Below, one piece after another: positions 1 through 9,607 of a DNA stretch of 64,000 nt (position 1 is its first letter; each line of letters begins with the position of its first letter). The notes below the pieces were generated by a model. The model searched no databases, was not told where the DNA came from, and saw only the letters and a list, made by a program, of their open reading frames with translations. A program made the translations under genes and the position numbers. The stretch comes from Halorutilales archaeon Cl-col2-1 (lineage in GTDB: Archaea > Halobacteriota > Halobacteria > Halobacteriales > Afararchaeaceae): assembly GCA_041891055.1 (NCBI GenBank), contig CP169074.1:800001-864000 (forward strand). Direction: 5' to 3'.

Positions 1-1
1 G

Positions 2-430
2 GTCGTCGTCAACTACGTCGTGATAGTCTTAGCGAGACACTCCCCGAGTCTGCGTCTCAAGAGCTTCCTACTCCGACTCATAGGCGTCGAACAGGGCGAA
101 CGCGTCTCGTGGGGTTTAGAGTCGACACCCGATGTCTTCTTCCCCGACCTCATAGAGATAGGAGACGACGTCATAATAGGCTACGACGCCACTATACTCT
201 GCCACGAGTTCCTGAGACACGAGTGGCGGAAGGGGGAGGTCGTGATAGGAGACGACGTCATGATCGGCGCGAACGTCACCGTCCTTCCCGGAGTCGAGAT
301 AGGAGACGGAGCCGTTATCGGCGCGAACAGTCTCGTCGACAGGGACGTCGAACCGGGCGAGAAGGTCGTGGGTGTGCCTATAAGTGACAGCTACCAGTCG
401 GATCACAACGCCAAGAATAAGTCGGAGTAA
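2..430 (+). CDS. Hexapeptide-repeat (left-handed beta-helix) acyltransferase, 5' partial
   Basis: Repeated IGDDV/IGANV hexapeptides. The frame is open back to the window start, so the true start lies upstream. Confidence 0.85.
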   Translation, partial: VVVNYVVIVLARHSPSLRLKSFLLRLIGVEQGERVSWGLESTPDVFFPDLIEIGDDVIIGYDATILCHEFLRHEWRKGEVVIGDDVMIGANVTVLPGVEIGDGAVIGANSLVDRDVEPGEKVVGVPISDSYQSDHNAKNKSE

Positions 431-449
431 TCTCTGTATAGGTCTACTT

Positions 450-1415
450 ATGAAAGCTGTCGTTCTGGCGGGCGGTTACGCAACACGTCTCTGGCCCATA
501 ACCAAGAACCGCGCGAAGCCTCTTCTTCCTCTCGGCGGAAAGCCCATAGTAGACTACATACTCGACCCTCTCGAGGACGAGGACGCTGTGTCCGAGGTAT
601 TCGTGAGCACTAACCAGAGGTTCGCCGACGACTTCGAGGAACACATAGAGTCGGAGGGCTATGAGAAAGCGACCGTCGCAGTCGAGCCCACGACCTCGGA
701 GGACGAGAAGCTCGGAACTATAGGAGCTCTCGCCGACCTCGTAGAGCGTGAGTCGATAGACGAGGACACCGTCGTGATAGCCGGCGACAACCTCTTCTCG
801 TTCGAGGTCAACGACTTCATAGAGTTCTTTGACTCTAAGGGATCGGCGTGTATCGCCTCGTACGACGTCGGGTCGCGCGAGGACGCAAAGCAGTACGGTC
901 TCGTGGACGTCGAGGGCGGACAGGTCGTCGACTTCCAGGAGAAGCCCGACGAGCCCAAGAGTACACTCGTCTCGATAGCGTGTTATGCCTTCCCCGCAGA
1001 CACTCTGCGTCTCTTAGACGAGTACCTCAGGGGTGACAACAACCCCGACGCTCCCGGATTCTTCATCGAGTGGCTCCACACACGTGAGAACGTATACTCG
1101 TACGTCTTCGACGGCGCGTGGTTCGACGTCGGAACCCCCGACTCGTACCTCGACGCCAACTCTTACGTGCTCGACGGAAGCGTAATCGAGGACGGCGCGG
1201 TGATCGAGAACACCCAGGTCGGCGAAGACGTCTATGTGATGTCAGGCGCCGAGATACATGACTCCGAGATAGAGAACTCGATAGTATTCGAGAACGCCCG
1301 GATAGACGACTGTACCGTCAGACATTCGATAGTCGACAGGGAAACCGTCTTAGACGGGGTCGACTTCAACAACGCTCTGGTCGGAGAACACTCACACCTC
1401 AACTCCGAGGACTAA
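450..1415 (+). CDS. Sugar-phosphate nucleotidyltransferase (NDP-sugar synthase) with C-terminal LbH domain
   Basis: MKAVVLAGGYATRLWP...KPLLP signature, EKP and WFDVGT motifs. Start moved to the ATG at 450. Confidence 0.92.
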   Translation: MKAVVLAGGYATRLWPITKNRAKPLLPLGGKPIVDYILDPLEDEDAVSEVFVSTNQRFADDFEEHIESEGYEKATVAVEPTTSEDEKLGTIGALADLVERESIDEDTVVIAGDNLFSFEVNDFIEFFDSKGSACIASYDVGSREDAKQYGLVDVEGGQVVDFQEKPDEPKSTLVSIACYAFPADTLRLLDEYLRGDNNPDAPGFFIEWLHTRENVYSYVFDGAWFDVGTPDSYLDANSYVLDGSVIEDGAVIENTQVGEDVYVMSGAEIHDSEIENSIVFENARIDDCTVRHSIVDRETVLDGVDFNNALVGEHSHLNSED

Positions 1416-2047
1416 GACTCGACGTAGACTCTTTTGGCGTTCTTCGCCTCGACATCATCGCCCTCGTAACGCAGTCTGGTGCCGTCGTCGGTGATAAACG
1501 CCGTGATCTCGTAGCTCCTACCGTCTATGTCGAGGGTCTCACCTACGACTACCGAGTAGTCTCCCGGGAGCCTGACCTTCGTGCCCTCGGAGTCGCCCTC
1601 GGAGTGTACGGTGACATCGACGTTGACGTTGTCGACGGTACGTGTCCAGACTGTCTCAACCTCGTCGGCAGTCGCAGACTCGACACGTTTAGTCGTCTCG
1701 GTTCCCTGGGTGTCTTCTTCTGTGACCTCTACACTCGTGACCTCGACGCCGAAGATACCCTCGTCGGACTCAAGGACGAACTCGTCGCCGACCTCTACGT
1801 ACTCATCCGACTCCATCGGCGCGTGGGTCGAGAAGCTGTCCTCGCCCTGGCTCACGACGACTCGTCTCTCAACCGTCTCAGGCTTCTGTACCTTGACCTT
1901 ATGTACGTGTCCACACTCGGTACATTTCACGGTAGCCTGTGAGTCCTCCTTGAGGACGACGTGGGGCGTCCTTCCGCACGCGGGACAGTCGACGACTACG
2001 TCGGGATCAGTGTCAGACGTCTCGTCACGTCCGTGTTCTTGTTCCAT
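1412..2047 (-). CDS. HVO_0476-like archaeal zinc-finger protein
   Basis: CPACG...H...CTECGHVH zinc ribbon followed by an acidic beta-rich body. Start inferred at the ATG at 2047. Confidence 0.8.
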   Translation of the reverse strand: MEQEHGRDETSDTDPDVVVDCPACGRTPHVVLKEDSQATVKCTECGHVHKVKVQKPETVERRVVVSQGEDSFSTHAPMESDEYVEVGDEFVLESDEGIFGVEVTSVEVTEEDTQGTETTKRVESATADEVETVWTRTVDNVNVDVTVHSEGDSEGTKVRLPGDYSVVVGETLDIDGRSYEITAFITDDGTRLRYEGDDVEAKNAKRVYVES

Positions 2048-2165
2048 ATCCGAGATTGTGTCTTGTGGTGCATAAGTGACGTGGTGAGAAGGGTTTCCAG
2101 ATAAGGTCATCCGCTCGGACGTCAAAGCAAAAAGCACAAGGTAGACGTCCGAGACTGTTAAGTAA

Positions 2166-2238
2166 GGGAAAGTAGGGTAGCTTGGTATCCTCGCACGTTT
2201 GGGACGTGTGGACCCCGGTTCAAATCCGGGCTTTCCCA
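2166..2238 (+). tRNA. tRNA-Pro (anticodon TGG)
   Basis: Acceptor stem GGGAAAG/CTTTCCC plus discriminator A. Anticodon arm GCACG-TT TGG GA-CGTGT. T arm CCCGG TTCAAAT CCGGG. No encoded CCA and no intron. Confidence 0.95.
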
Positions 2239-2311
2239 GTGATCGAACGGGTTTTGGGTTGAAACGATCGAGTCCTCCATCTATTTCACTCCGAATACAT
2301 TCATCCTATTT

Positions 2312-2860
2312 ATGCAGATAGACTCCGACTTCGTCGACGAGTACCTCGAAGTCTACGGCGAGACACAGGGAGTACTTCCAGAGCGCCTCGAAGAGTTCGG
2401 AGAGAAGTACCGCGAACAGGGGCATCTCACACAGGACGACCTCTACGAGATAGCCTACGAGTCGTCGACTCGGAGTGCCTACCACGTCCGGCGCAACCCC
2501 GACGAGGTCTGTGTCGAGGTCACCGAGAACGTCCTCAATCTCAACCTCGAAGACGACGGAGACGACTTCTCACAGATTGCTCTCGTGTCGTCACTCCACG
2601 GCTTCAAGGCTCCGACGGCTTCATGTGTCACCACGGCACTCGACCCTGAGAGACACGCAGTCGTCGACACTCGTGTCTGGGCGTCGCTCGAACGCTCCGG
2701 ACGCGTAGAGGGTAGGAAAGAGACATTCGACGCATTTGACTACTGTGTAATGATAGACGAGATACGTGAGATCGCCGATGAGACGGAATACAGTACTGCG
2801 GAGGTCGGCTACGCCCTCTTTGCACACGACTACGACGTACGGGAGGGTACTCTTCACTAG
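2312..2860 (+). CDS. Conserved hypothetical protein, HhH-GPD-like
   Basis: Acidic 182-aa ORF. LHGFKAPTASC...DP...VVDTRV resembles the helix-hairpin-helix/GPD region of DNA glycosylases. Confidence 0.6.
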   Translation: MQIDSDFVDEYLEVYGETQGVLPERLEEFGEKYREQGHLTQDDLYEIAYESSTRSAYHVRRNPDEVCVEVTENVLNLNLEDDGDDFSQIALVSSLHGFKAPTASCVTTALDPERHAVVDTRVWASLERSGRVEGRKETFDAFDYCVMIDEIREIADETEYSTAEVGYALFAHDYDVREGTLH

Positions 2861-3225
2861 ACTCCGGGTATACCCACAGCGGAGAGACTTCCTATACTGA
2901 GGGCTGATAGGACATAGAGCGCGAATACGGACGAGATCCAAGCGACGAGAGCGACTAGACTCGCCTCTATCCATCCGACTCCGTAACGCCCCTTGACAAC
3001 CCCCATCCAAGCGAGGAACGTGAGAATCGGTCCTACGAGAGGTATCCAGCCGACGAACAGACTTACGACTCCCCAGACGAGCGCGCCTACGAGAGCGGTC
3101 ACGACAGCCTTGACGAAAGACCCCTCGGAGAGTATTAGTCTGGCTCCGGCGTATATTCCGAACCCACCCACGAGAAGGCTGACGAAGAAAGCCGTGAGAG
3201 AGCTTGAGAAGGCAAAAGGTGGCAT
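2857..3225 (-). CDS. Hypothetical membrane protein (about 4 TM)
   Basis: 122 aa, almost entirely hydrophobic segments. Confidence 0.75.
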   Translation of the reverse strand: MPPFAFSSSLTAFFVSLLVGGFGIYAGARLILSEGSFVKAVVTALVGALVWGVVSLFVGWIPLVGPILTFLAWMGVVKGRYGVGWIEASLVALVAWISSVFALYVLSALSIGSLSAVGIPGV

Positions 3226-3234
3226 ATTTTGTTT

Positions 3235-3789
3235 TTAGGGAACGTCGAAGTCGTGGAACGCCTCTCCTTTCTCCTCCGAGAGTATGTCGAGCGCGGCGAC
3301 CGCGCCGTCTCCCGCCGAGATCGAGACCTGTATCTTCTCGGGACGTGCGAGCCATCCGCCAGCGTAGACTCCGTCTACCGAGGTTCGACAGTCAGTGTCT
3401 ATCTCGACACCCCCGTCCTCGTCGAACTCGACACCCATCTTCTCGGTAACCTCGTCGTCGAGACCTGTAGCTAAGACGACGTAGTCGGCTGTGTACTCGT
3501 CTCCTGACCCGGCTGTCAAAGTAAAGCCGTCGTCGTCTTTCTCGACGTCTTCTACTCTCTCGTCGTGGAACTCCGCTCCGTAGTTCTCGCACTGCTGTCT
3601 TCCAACTTCGGCGAAGTCCGATCCGTGTATCTCCTCGATTCCGAGGTAGTTGTAGAGGTAAGCCTTGTGGAGCTTCGTCTCGTCCTCGCCGAAGACATCG
3701 ACGTCGACATCGTTCTTCGCGAGAAGCAGGGCTGCGCTCAGACCCGTGGCTCCGTCGCCTATGACTGCAACTGATGCTGAAACTGACAT
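3235..3789 (-). CDS. Short NAD(P)/FAD-dependent oxidoreductase (thioredoxin-reductase-like)
   Basis: VAVIGDGATGLSAA Rossmann motif, VVLATG, RTSVDGVYAGG. Confidence 0.85.
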   Translation of the reverse strand: MSVSASVAVIGDGATGLSAALLLAKNDVDVDVFGEDETKLHKAYLYNYLGIEEIHGSDFAEVGRQQCENYGAEFHDERVEDVEKDDDGFTLTAGSGDEYTADYVVLATGLDDEVTEKMGVEFDEDGGVEIDTDCRTSVDGVYAGGWLARPEKIQVSISAGDGAVAALDILSEEKGEAFHDFDVP

Positions 3790-3829
3790 GGGGTCAGTAC
3801 CCTAAGGAAGCATAAAGTCTTTGTCCCGG

Positions 3830-4165
3830 TCAGGGGGTCTCTCCAAGTGCGTCGGCGTCGTCGCCGAACTCTTCCGACATAAGATCGGGGACGTCGTCGG
3901 GCTTGACGTCGGAGTACCATTCGTTCCTCGGCTGTATAGCGACTGCGACGCCGTCTGTGCTACACAGACCTATACACGATACTGTTCCGACATAGACGTT
4001 CGACCAGAAGACACCTCTCTGTTTGAGCCAGTCGACGACCTCGTCGTAGACCTCCTCTCCTCCGACCTCCGAACACGACGCGTAGTTCGAGTCACGGCTG
4101 TTGGTACAGACTAGAACGTGGTCGGTGAATCCCTCGTCTACGACTTCCTGAGTGCGTTTTCTCAT
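3830..4165 (-). CDS. Thioredoxin-like [2Fe-2S] ferredoxin
   Basis: HVLVC...C...SCIGLC...WY pattern with four Cys. Confidence 0.8.
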   Translation of the reverse strand: MRKRTQEVVDEGFTDHVLVCTNSRDSNYASCSEVGGEEVYDEVVDWLKQRGVFWSNVYVGTVSCIGLCSTDGVAVAIQPRNEWYSDVKPDDVPDLMSEEFGDDADALGETP

Positions 4166-4203
4166 GATAAGACAGAGAAGAGCGGGTGCCTAAAAAGAGG
4201 CGA

Positions 4204-4656
4204 TCAGACCTCGAACTCTATGTCGGCGTCCTCTTTTATAGTCTCAAGTATGACGTTGGTGTTGGTCTCGGCTATGTCGGGGTTGTTGAGGAGATCTTTT
4301 ATGGTGTCGTTCATATCCTCCGTGCTCTTGAACTTACCTATCGCTATTATGTCGAAGTCACCCGTGACCTCGTAGACGCTGAGGAACGAGTCTACTTCCT
4401 TGAGGTCTTCGGTGAGACCCGGAAGGCTTCCGCTCTCAGCCTTTATCATCACAGTCGCAGTCACGCCGTAGCCTAGCTCGTCGTAGTTGAGAACGGGCTT
4501 GAAGCCCTTTATGATACCCTCGTCTTCCATGCTCTGGAGATGGTTGCTCACAGTCGTAACCGAGACATCGAGTTCCTCGGCTAAGCTTCTGAGGCTAGCG
4601 CGCCCGTCGTCCAACAACAGATTTATTATTTTAAGATCAAGGTTCTCGTAAGTCAT
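4204..4656 (-). CDS. lrp: Lrp/AsnC family transcriptional regulator
   Basis: MTYENLD...DGRASLRSLAEELDVSVTTVSNH helix-turn-helix, C-terminal VYEVTGDFD. Confidence 0.9.
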   Translation of the reverse strand: MTYENLDLKIINLLLDDGRASLRSLAEELDVSVTTVSNHLQSMEDEGIIKGFKPVLNYDELGYGVTATVMIKAESGSLPGLTEDLKEVDSFLSVYEVTGDFDIIAIGKFKSTEDMNDTIKDLLNNPDIAETNTNVILETIKEDADIEFEV

Positions 4657-4846
4657 CCTTAACACCATGTCTGTGGTTTATTACCTTAAAGGTTTTGAGA
4701 TTAGACGTCCATAGTTTGACAGAACTAGTACTATAACAGTGCTGATTCGGAGTATAGTTTAGACCGTACAGAATACGTATCTAAAGGACATGTCGAACAT
4801 CTTCGATAACGATAATTATATACTCACGTCCACCTCATTTTTTTAC

Positions 4847-5248
4847 ATGGCAGAACTAGAGAAGCACGCCTGGGACATGGCAGAAGAAGCCGATGAGAAC
4901 GTCGAGACAGTCTCTTTCGATGAGATGAAGGAAGAGGTCGAAGACGAAGACACGCTATTAGTCGACCTACGTGACGTACGTGAGATATGGAGAGACGGAA
5001 CCATCCCCGGCTCGAAGAACGTGCCGAGAGGGATGTTGGAGTTCTGGGCAGACCCAGAGACGGAGTACTACAAGGAGTTCTTCGATCCGGATAAACGTAC
5101 AGTCCTCTTCTGCAACAAGGGCGGACGGTCGGCTCTCTCGACCAATAAGCTTCAGGAGATGGGATTCGACGACGTCGCCCATCTCGACGGAGGATTCTCC
5201 AACTGGAAGGAGTCGGGAGGAGAGGTCGAGGAAGTCGACCCCGAGTAG
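4847..5248 (+). CDS. Rhodanese-like domain protein
   Basis: LVDLRD...GTIPGS, active-site loop FCNKGGRS, HLDGGF. Confidence 0.9.
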   Translation: MAELEKHAWDMAEEADENVETVSFDEMKEEVEDEDTLLVDLRDVREIWRDGTIPGSKNVPRGMLEFWADPETEYYKEFFDPDKRTVLFCNKGGRSALSTNKLQEMGFDDVAHLDGGFSNWKESGGEVEEVDPE

Positions 5249-5251
5249 TAA

Positions 5252-6343
5252 TCAGTCGATCTCAATTACCTCGTCGTTCACGCCTTTCTCCGACGAGGAT
5301 ATTCCCCCGAAAAGGACAGTACTCGTAGTTCCAATGCCTATTGAGACTACGAACAGGACGACGAGATAGACGGTCGAAACGTTTCCGAGGAGAAACTCGC
5401 TTATTCCGCGTAAGACGAGTGCTATGCTGACTATGTAGAAGGGCGCGTTCATGAATCTCCACGGATACTCGTCGCTTTCTATGTACTCGTCGAGTATCCT
5501 TCCGACGCTCGACACTATTCCGCCGAATGTGAGCCAGAGAATCGATCCACGTATGAATACCATGACCATCGGAAGAAGACCCTCAACGACCTCGGAGCTA
5601 GAGGAGCTGTAAGAGTCGACCGAGTTAAAGCCGCTCGCTATTCCTATGAGGAGGAGACCCCCCGCGACGAGGTAGGTTATGAGACTGACGTTGCCACTGT
5701 AAATACCTCTCTGTACTCTCTCGGTTAGGATTTCTGCCTTGTCGCCGAGTCCGACACCTCTTATAAGTAGGTATATACCGAGGAGACCGCTTGTGACTCC
5801 GACGGCGACACCGGGATACCCGAGACTCCCGGCGATTAGATTGAGTGGATATATCATCAGAAGTAGACCTATAGGGACGAGTATAGTACCCCGGGTCTCG
5901 GGGTCGCGGAGAAGCTGTTTAGTTATGTAGTATGCGTTTTCGAGGTTCTGAGCCTGTCTGACTATAGTTCTGCTCACGCCGTCTATCTTGAGTCTCGACT
6001 GTATCAGAGGAATTATGGTCTCATCCTCGGCGCCGTCTGTGACGACAACCGCGGAGTCGGCGTCTATGTGCTCCAGAACCTCGTCTATCTGCTGGGCGAC
6101 CGCGCGGTCGGAGTCGACACGTGACTCTCCGCTACCCGTGACGACGACTATCTCAGCCTCGCCCTCCTCATTGTCGTAGATACGCATAGCCTCGAAGAGA
6201 GCGTTGAGGTCGGAGTCCTCGGGGTCGGCAGTTCCGAACTCGAGTGCGACCTCCTCGGCACGGTCGCGTCCGATGACAGGCGTCTCAATCCCCGTCTTCC
6301 TGCCTATATCGTCGTCCCTGTCAACACAGATGATCAGGAGCAT
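5252..6343 (-). CDS. DUF373 family membrane protein
   Basis: N-terminal CVDRDDDIGRK and DPEDSD motifs followed by several TM helices. Confidence 0.85.
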   Translation of the reverse strand: MLLIICVDRDDDIGRKTGIETPVIGRDRAEEVALEFGTADPEDSDLNALFEAMRIYDNEEGEAEIVVVTGSGESRVDSDRAVAQQIDEVLEHIDADSAVVVTDGAEDETIIPLIQSRLKIDGVSRTIVRQAQNLENAYYITKQLLRDPETRGTILVPIGLLLMIYPLNLIAGSLGYPGVAVGVTSGLLGIYLLIRGVGLGDKAEILTERVQRGIYSGNVSLITYLVAGGLLLIGIASGFNSVDSYSSSSSEVVEGLLPMVMVFIRGSILWLTFGGIVSSVGRILDEYIESDEYPWRFMNAPFYIVSIALVLRGISEFLLGNVSTVYLVVLFVVSIGIGTTSTVLFGGISSSEKGVNDEVIEID

Positions 6344-6399
6344 CTAAGTCGTAATCCGGACTGTTACTACAAAAGGATTATCTATAATACAGCTGACAG

Positions 6400-6981
6400 T
6401 TAGCACGACGGTAGGCGGCTTAGGAGCATGCCGTCACACTGGAGATGGCTTCCGAAGCCGATGACGAAGCCGAGAGCCGCCGCCCCGCCGAGAGCTACCG
6501 CATCCAACCCGGGTGCTACTTCGGGGACGACAGTTGAGACACCGGCTCCGACTACGAGTGCGACTGAGGCTCCCGCCGGAAACGTATGTGTGACACCTCT
6601 GTGTCTCGGGCGGAAGAAAGCGACCGAGTACGAGGCTACTGCTCCTACGACTAGAGACGAGACTGTACCGACAACGGCTGTGAATAAGATGGGGGAGACG
6701 TCGACGAAAGGTGTATTGAGGCTCCGCGCCTCGGCTAAGAACAGGTAGGCTGTGATCCCTGAGGAGACGACGAAGACGCCTTTCTTGAGATACCTGTGTG
6801 GCTTCGCCGAGTGGTGGTCTATGTCGGGAAAGCCCGCTCCGACGAAGGTAAGCGGGAGTGCCACGCCGAGTTCAACGGCGGGGACTGGCTCACCGATGTA
6901 AGATGCGATCCCTGTTAAACATACACATAAGAAGACGTATGACACTCCGCCCCACCTCATGTGATCCTCGAAGCTTCCCAT
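6400..6981 (-). CDS. YdjM-like membrane-bound metal-dependent hydrolase
   Basis: Real gene is the 3' part of the 506-aa ORF: H7, [14 protein letters not shown] and SHLQCD motifs between TM segments. Confidence 0.85.
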   Translation of the reverse strand: MGSFEDHMRWGGVSYVFLCVCLTGIASYIGEPVPAVELGVALPLTFVGAGFPDIDHHSAKPHRYLKKGVFVVSSGITAYLFLAEARSLNTPFVDVSPILFTAVVGTVSSLVVGAVASYSVAFFRPRHRGVTHTFPAGASVALVVGAGVSTVVPEVAPGLDAVALGGAAALGFVIGFGSHLQCDGMLLSRLPSC

Positions 6982-7047
6982 CGCCTTACAGTGTTCTTCC
7001 GTCGGTAAAAATCTGTCCCAAGACTCGGCTGAGGCACGGAGAGTAAG

Positions 7048-7070
7048 TTTTTTATAGAACCACAAACAAA
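7048..7070 (+). promoter_or_regulatory. TATA box of the thermosome gene
   Basis: TTTATAGAA at 7051-7059, about 30 nt upstream of the ATG at 7085, followed by CAAA tracts as in haloarchaeal cct promoters. Confidence 0.55.
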
Positions 7071-7084
7071 CTTGAATCTGAAAC

Positions 7085-8743
7085 ATGTCGATGGGAAACC
7101 AGCCAGTCCTCGTTCTGAGCGAGGAGTCTGAGAGAACACAGGGTAAGGATGCACAGAGCTCGAACATCAGCGCAGGCAAGGCGGTAGCCGAGTCGGTACG
7201 TACGACACTGGGTCCGAAGGGAATGGACAAGATGCTCGTCGACAACCTCGGCGATGTCGTGATTACGAACGACGGTGTGACTATTCTCGACGAGATGGAC
7301 ATCGAACATCCCGCAGCGAAGATGATCGTCGAGGTCGCCAACACACAGGAAGACGAGACTGGCGACGGAACCACATCCGCGGTCGTCATCACCGGAGAGC
7401 TCCTCAAGCAGGCTGAGGATCTCCTCGACCAGGACGTACATCCCACGACGATTGCGGCGGGATACAGGGACGCAGTCTCGAAGGGTCGTGAGATCCTCTC
7501 CGAGAAGGCGACCGACGTAACCCCCGACGACACAGAGACACTCCTCAAGATAGCCCAGACAGCGATGACGGGCAAGGGTGCCGAGACCGCGAAGGACACT
7601 CTCGGTGGGCTCGTAGTCGACGCGGTACAGGCTGTCGAGGAGGACGGAGAGATAGACCTCGACAACATCAAGATAGAGACCGTAGTCGGCGGAGGAACCG
7701 AGGACTCCGAACTCGTCGAGGGAATGATAGTCGACAAGAGCCGTGTCCACTCGAACATGCCGGGCAAGGTCGGGGACGCGAGGATAGCCCTCGTCGACTC
7801 CGCGATAGAGGTACAGGAGACAGAGGTCGACACCGAGATCAACGTCCAGAGCCCCGACCAGCTCCAGAACTTCCTCGACGAAGAGGAGAAGATGCTGAAG
7901 GAGATGGTCGACAGCATCAAGGAGACGGGCGCGAACGTTGTCTTCTGTCAGAAGGGTATCGACGACATGGCGCAGCACTACCTCGCGAAGGAGGGCATAC
8001 TCGCAGTCCGCCGTGCGAAGTCGAGTGACATGGACAAGCTCGCACGCGCGACGGGAGCGACCGTAGTCTCGAACGTCAACGAGATAGAGGAAGACGACCT
8101 TGGAAACGCCGGAACCGTCGAGGAGCGCAACATAGGCGGCGACGACATGATCTTCGTCGAGGACTGTGAGAACCCCCAGAGTGTCTCGATGATACTCCGC
8201 GGCGGAACCGAGCACGTCGTCGACGAAGTTGAGCGCGCAGTAGACGACAGCCTCGGAGTCGTACGTGTCACGGTCGAGGAAGGTAAGGTCGTCCCCGGAG
8301 GCGGCGCTCCCGAGGTCGAGCTTGCGATGGAGCTCCGTGACTACGCCGACTCGGTCGGTGGAAGGGAACAGCTCGCAGTCGAGGCATTCGCCGACGCTCT
8401 CGAAGTCATACCCCACACTCTCGCCGAGAACGCGGGTCTCGACCCCATAGACTCGATAGTCGACCTCCGAAGCGAGCACGACGCGGGCAACTTCAGCTCG
8501 GGTCTTGATGCCTACACGGGCGACATCGCTGACATGGAGGAGAAGGGAGTCGTAGAGCCCCTGCGTGTCAAGACACAGGCTCTCGAATCCGCTACCGAAG
8601 CCGCTGTCATGATACTCCGCATCGACGACGTCATCTCGGGCGGAGAAGCCAGCGGCGGAGACGAGGAGATGCCCGGAGGAGCCGGCGGCGGAGCCGGCGG
8701 AATGGGCGGAATGGGCGGCGGCGGAATGGGCGGCATGATGTAA
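7085..8743 (+). CDS. thsA: Thermosome (group II chaperonin) subunit, alpha-like
   Basis: [26 protein letters not shown] motifs and a GGM-repeat C-terminal tail. Confidence 0.95.
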   Translation: MSMGNQPVLVLSEESERTQGKDAQSSNISAGKAVAESVRTTLGPKGMDKMLVDNLGDVVITNDGVTILDEMDIEHPAAKMIVEVANTQEDETGDGTTSAVVITGELLKQAEDLLDQDVHPTTIAAGYRDAVSKGREILSEKATDVTPDDTETLLKIAQTAMTGKGAETAKDTLGGLVVDAVQAVEEDGEIDLDNIKIETVVGGGTEDSELVEGMIVDKSRVHSNMPGKVGDARIALVDSAIEVQETEVDTEINVQSPDQLQNFLDEEEKMLKEMVDSIKETGANVVFCQKGIDDMAQHYLAKEGILAVRRAKSSDMDKLARATGATVVSNVNEIEEDDLGNAGTVEERNIGGDDMIFVEDCENPQSVSMILRGGTEHVVDEVERAVDDSLGVVRVTVEEGKVVPGGGAPEVELAMELRDYADSVGGREQLAVEAFADALEVIPHTLAENAGLDPIDSIVDLRSEHDAGNFSSGLDAYTGDIADMEEKGVVEPLRVKTQALESATEAAVMILRIDDVISGGEASGGDEEMPGGAGGGAGGMGGMGGGGMGGMM

Positions 8744-8776
8744 AGCCGACCACGCCGAGCAACTAACTTAACCCGA

Positions 8777-8800
8777 CTTTTCTGGTTCGTTTTTCTTTAT
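8777..8800 (+). terminator. Oligo-T terminator after the thermosome gene
   Basis: ctttt...cgtttttctttat T-tracts 35-55 nt after the stop codon. Confidence 0.45.
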
Positions 8801-8844
8801 TGCCCCCAGAAGGATTTTAAGTCTGCCCGTTATCCAAAAGAGTG

Positions 8845-9555
8845 ATGAGTAGATCTCGTTCGTCTCAGAAGCATCTGAGTAGTCCCGTGAGTAGCCCCGA
8901 CCACGAGAGGGTGACCCTCGAAGAGGCAGTCGAGACCTACAAGATCTGGTCCAACACCTCGGGAGCCTACCTCGAAACAGACAATACGAGTCTGACCCAC
9001 AGGGGATTCGAGGATCTTCTGGGGAAGGTAAGGGAGTCCGGAATCGAGATCAGCACAGTTTCTCTCTCCCGTCTCGTCGAGAGGTTCACGAGCCTCGAGT
9101 CCCACATACTCAACGACGACGAGGTCAGGAATCTCCTGAGAAGATACCCCAACGTCGTCCTCGGCTCGGGTCTCGAAGGTGACTGTGGTGACACCGACTG
9201 GAAACACCTCGGTATCGGGGGGATAGACGACTCTGTGAGTCTCCTCCTCAAGTCAGAGCCACACGGAGAGTCCGAACACGGCTGTCTCATGGTCGTCGAG
9301 ACGGCTGTGGGGGACGATACCGACGTCGAGACCGCAGTCGGAAAGCTCGCGTACGAGCACGAGAGGATATCAGACATAGCACCCGAGAGAGAAGTTCACG
9401 ACTGTCTCGTGACACTCGAAACCGACGAGTACCTCGAATCCGCGGCTGACAGGCTCGGAATACACGTGCTCGAACTCGGACCCTCGTCGTTGATAGAGTA
9501 CTTAGAGTCGTCGGCTGAGTGGGGCAACCTCAGAGGTCTGACTCTGAGCCCGTGA
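8845..9555 (+). CDS. Hypothetical protein with a degenerate PD-(D/E)xK (NucS/Mrr-like) C-terminal region
   Basis: Acidic ORF with a BRE/TATA-like AAGGATTTTAAGT at 8810-8822. LMVVETAVG...AVGKLAY...DCLV...GIHVLEL echoes the VIELK...AVGQL..Y...GILV pattern. Confidence 0.6.
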   Translation: MSRSRSSQKHLSSPVSSPDHERVTLEEAVETYKIWSNTSGAYLETDNTSLTHRGFEDLLGKVRESGIEISTVSLSRLVERFTSLESHILNDDEVRNLLRRYPNVVLGSGLEGDCGDTDWKHLGIGGIDDSVSLLLKSEPHGESEHGCLMVVETAVGDDTDVETAVGKLAYEHERISDIAPEREVHDCLVTLETDEYLESAADRLGIHVLELGPSSLIEYLESSAEWGNLRGLTLSP

Positions 9556-9607
9556 GGACGACAAGTAGTTTCACCAGATTCTTGACTCCTCCCGTCTAAC
9601 TCGCGCC

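Noticed and set aside
2239-2860. Integrative element at tRNA-Pro(TGG)
   Set aside because: No integrase, no repeat of the tRNA 3' end found, and downstream genes have host-like composition.
6982-8479. Long antisense ORFs (5' part of 6400..7920 and 7052..8479)
   Set aside because: Shadow frames of the thermosome gene. They are Ser/Thr-rich or motif-free, as expected opposite GC-rich acidic genes. The same applies to most other overlapping ORFs in the track.
8670-8740. ggcggaatg tandem DNA repeats
   Set aside because: They encode the ordinary GGM tail of the thermosome.
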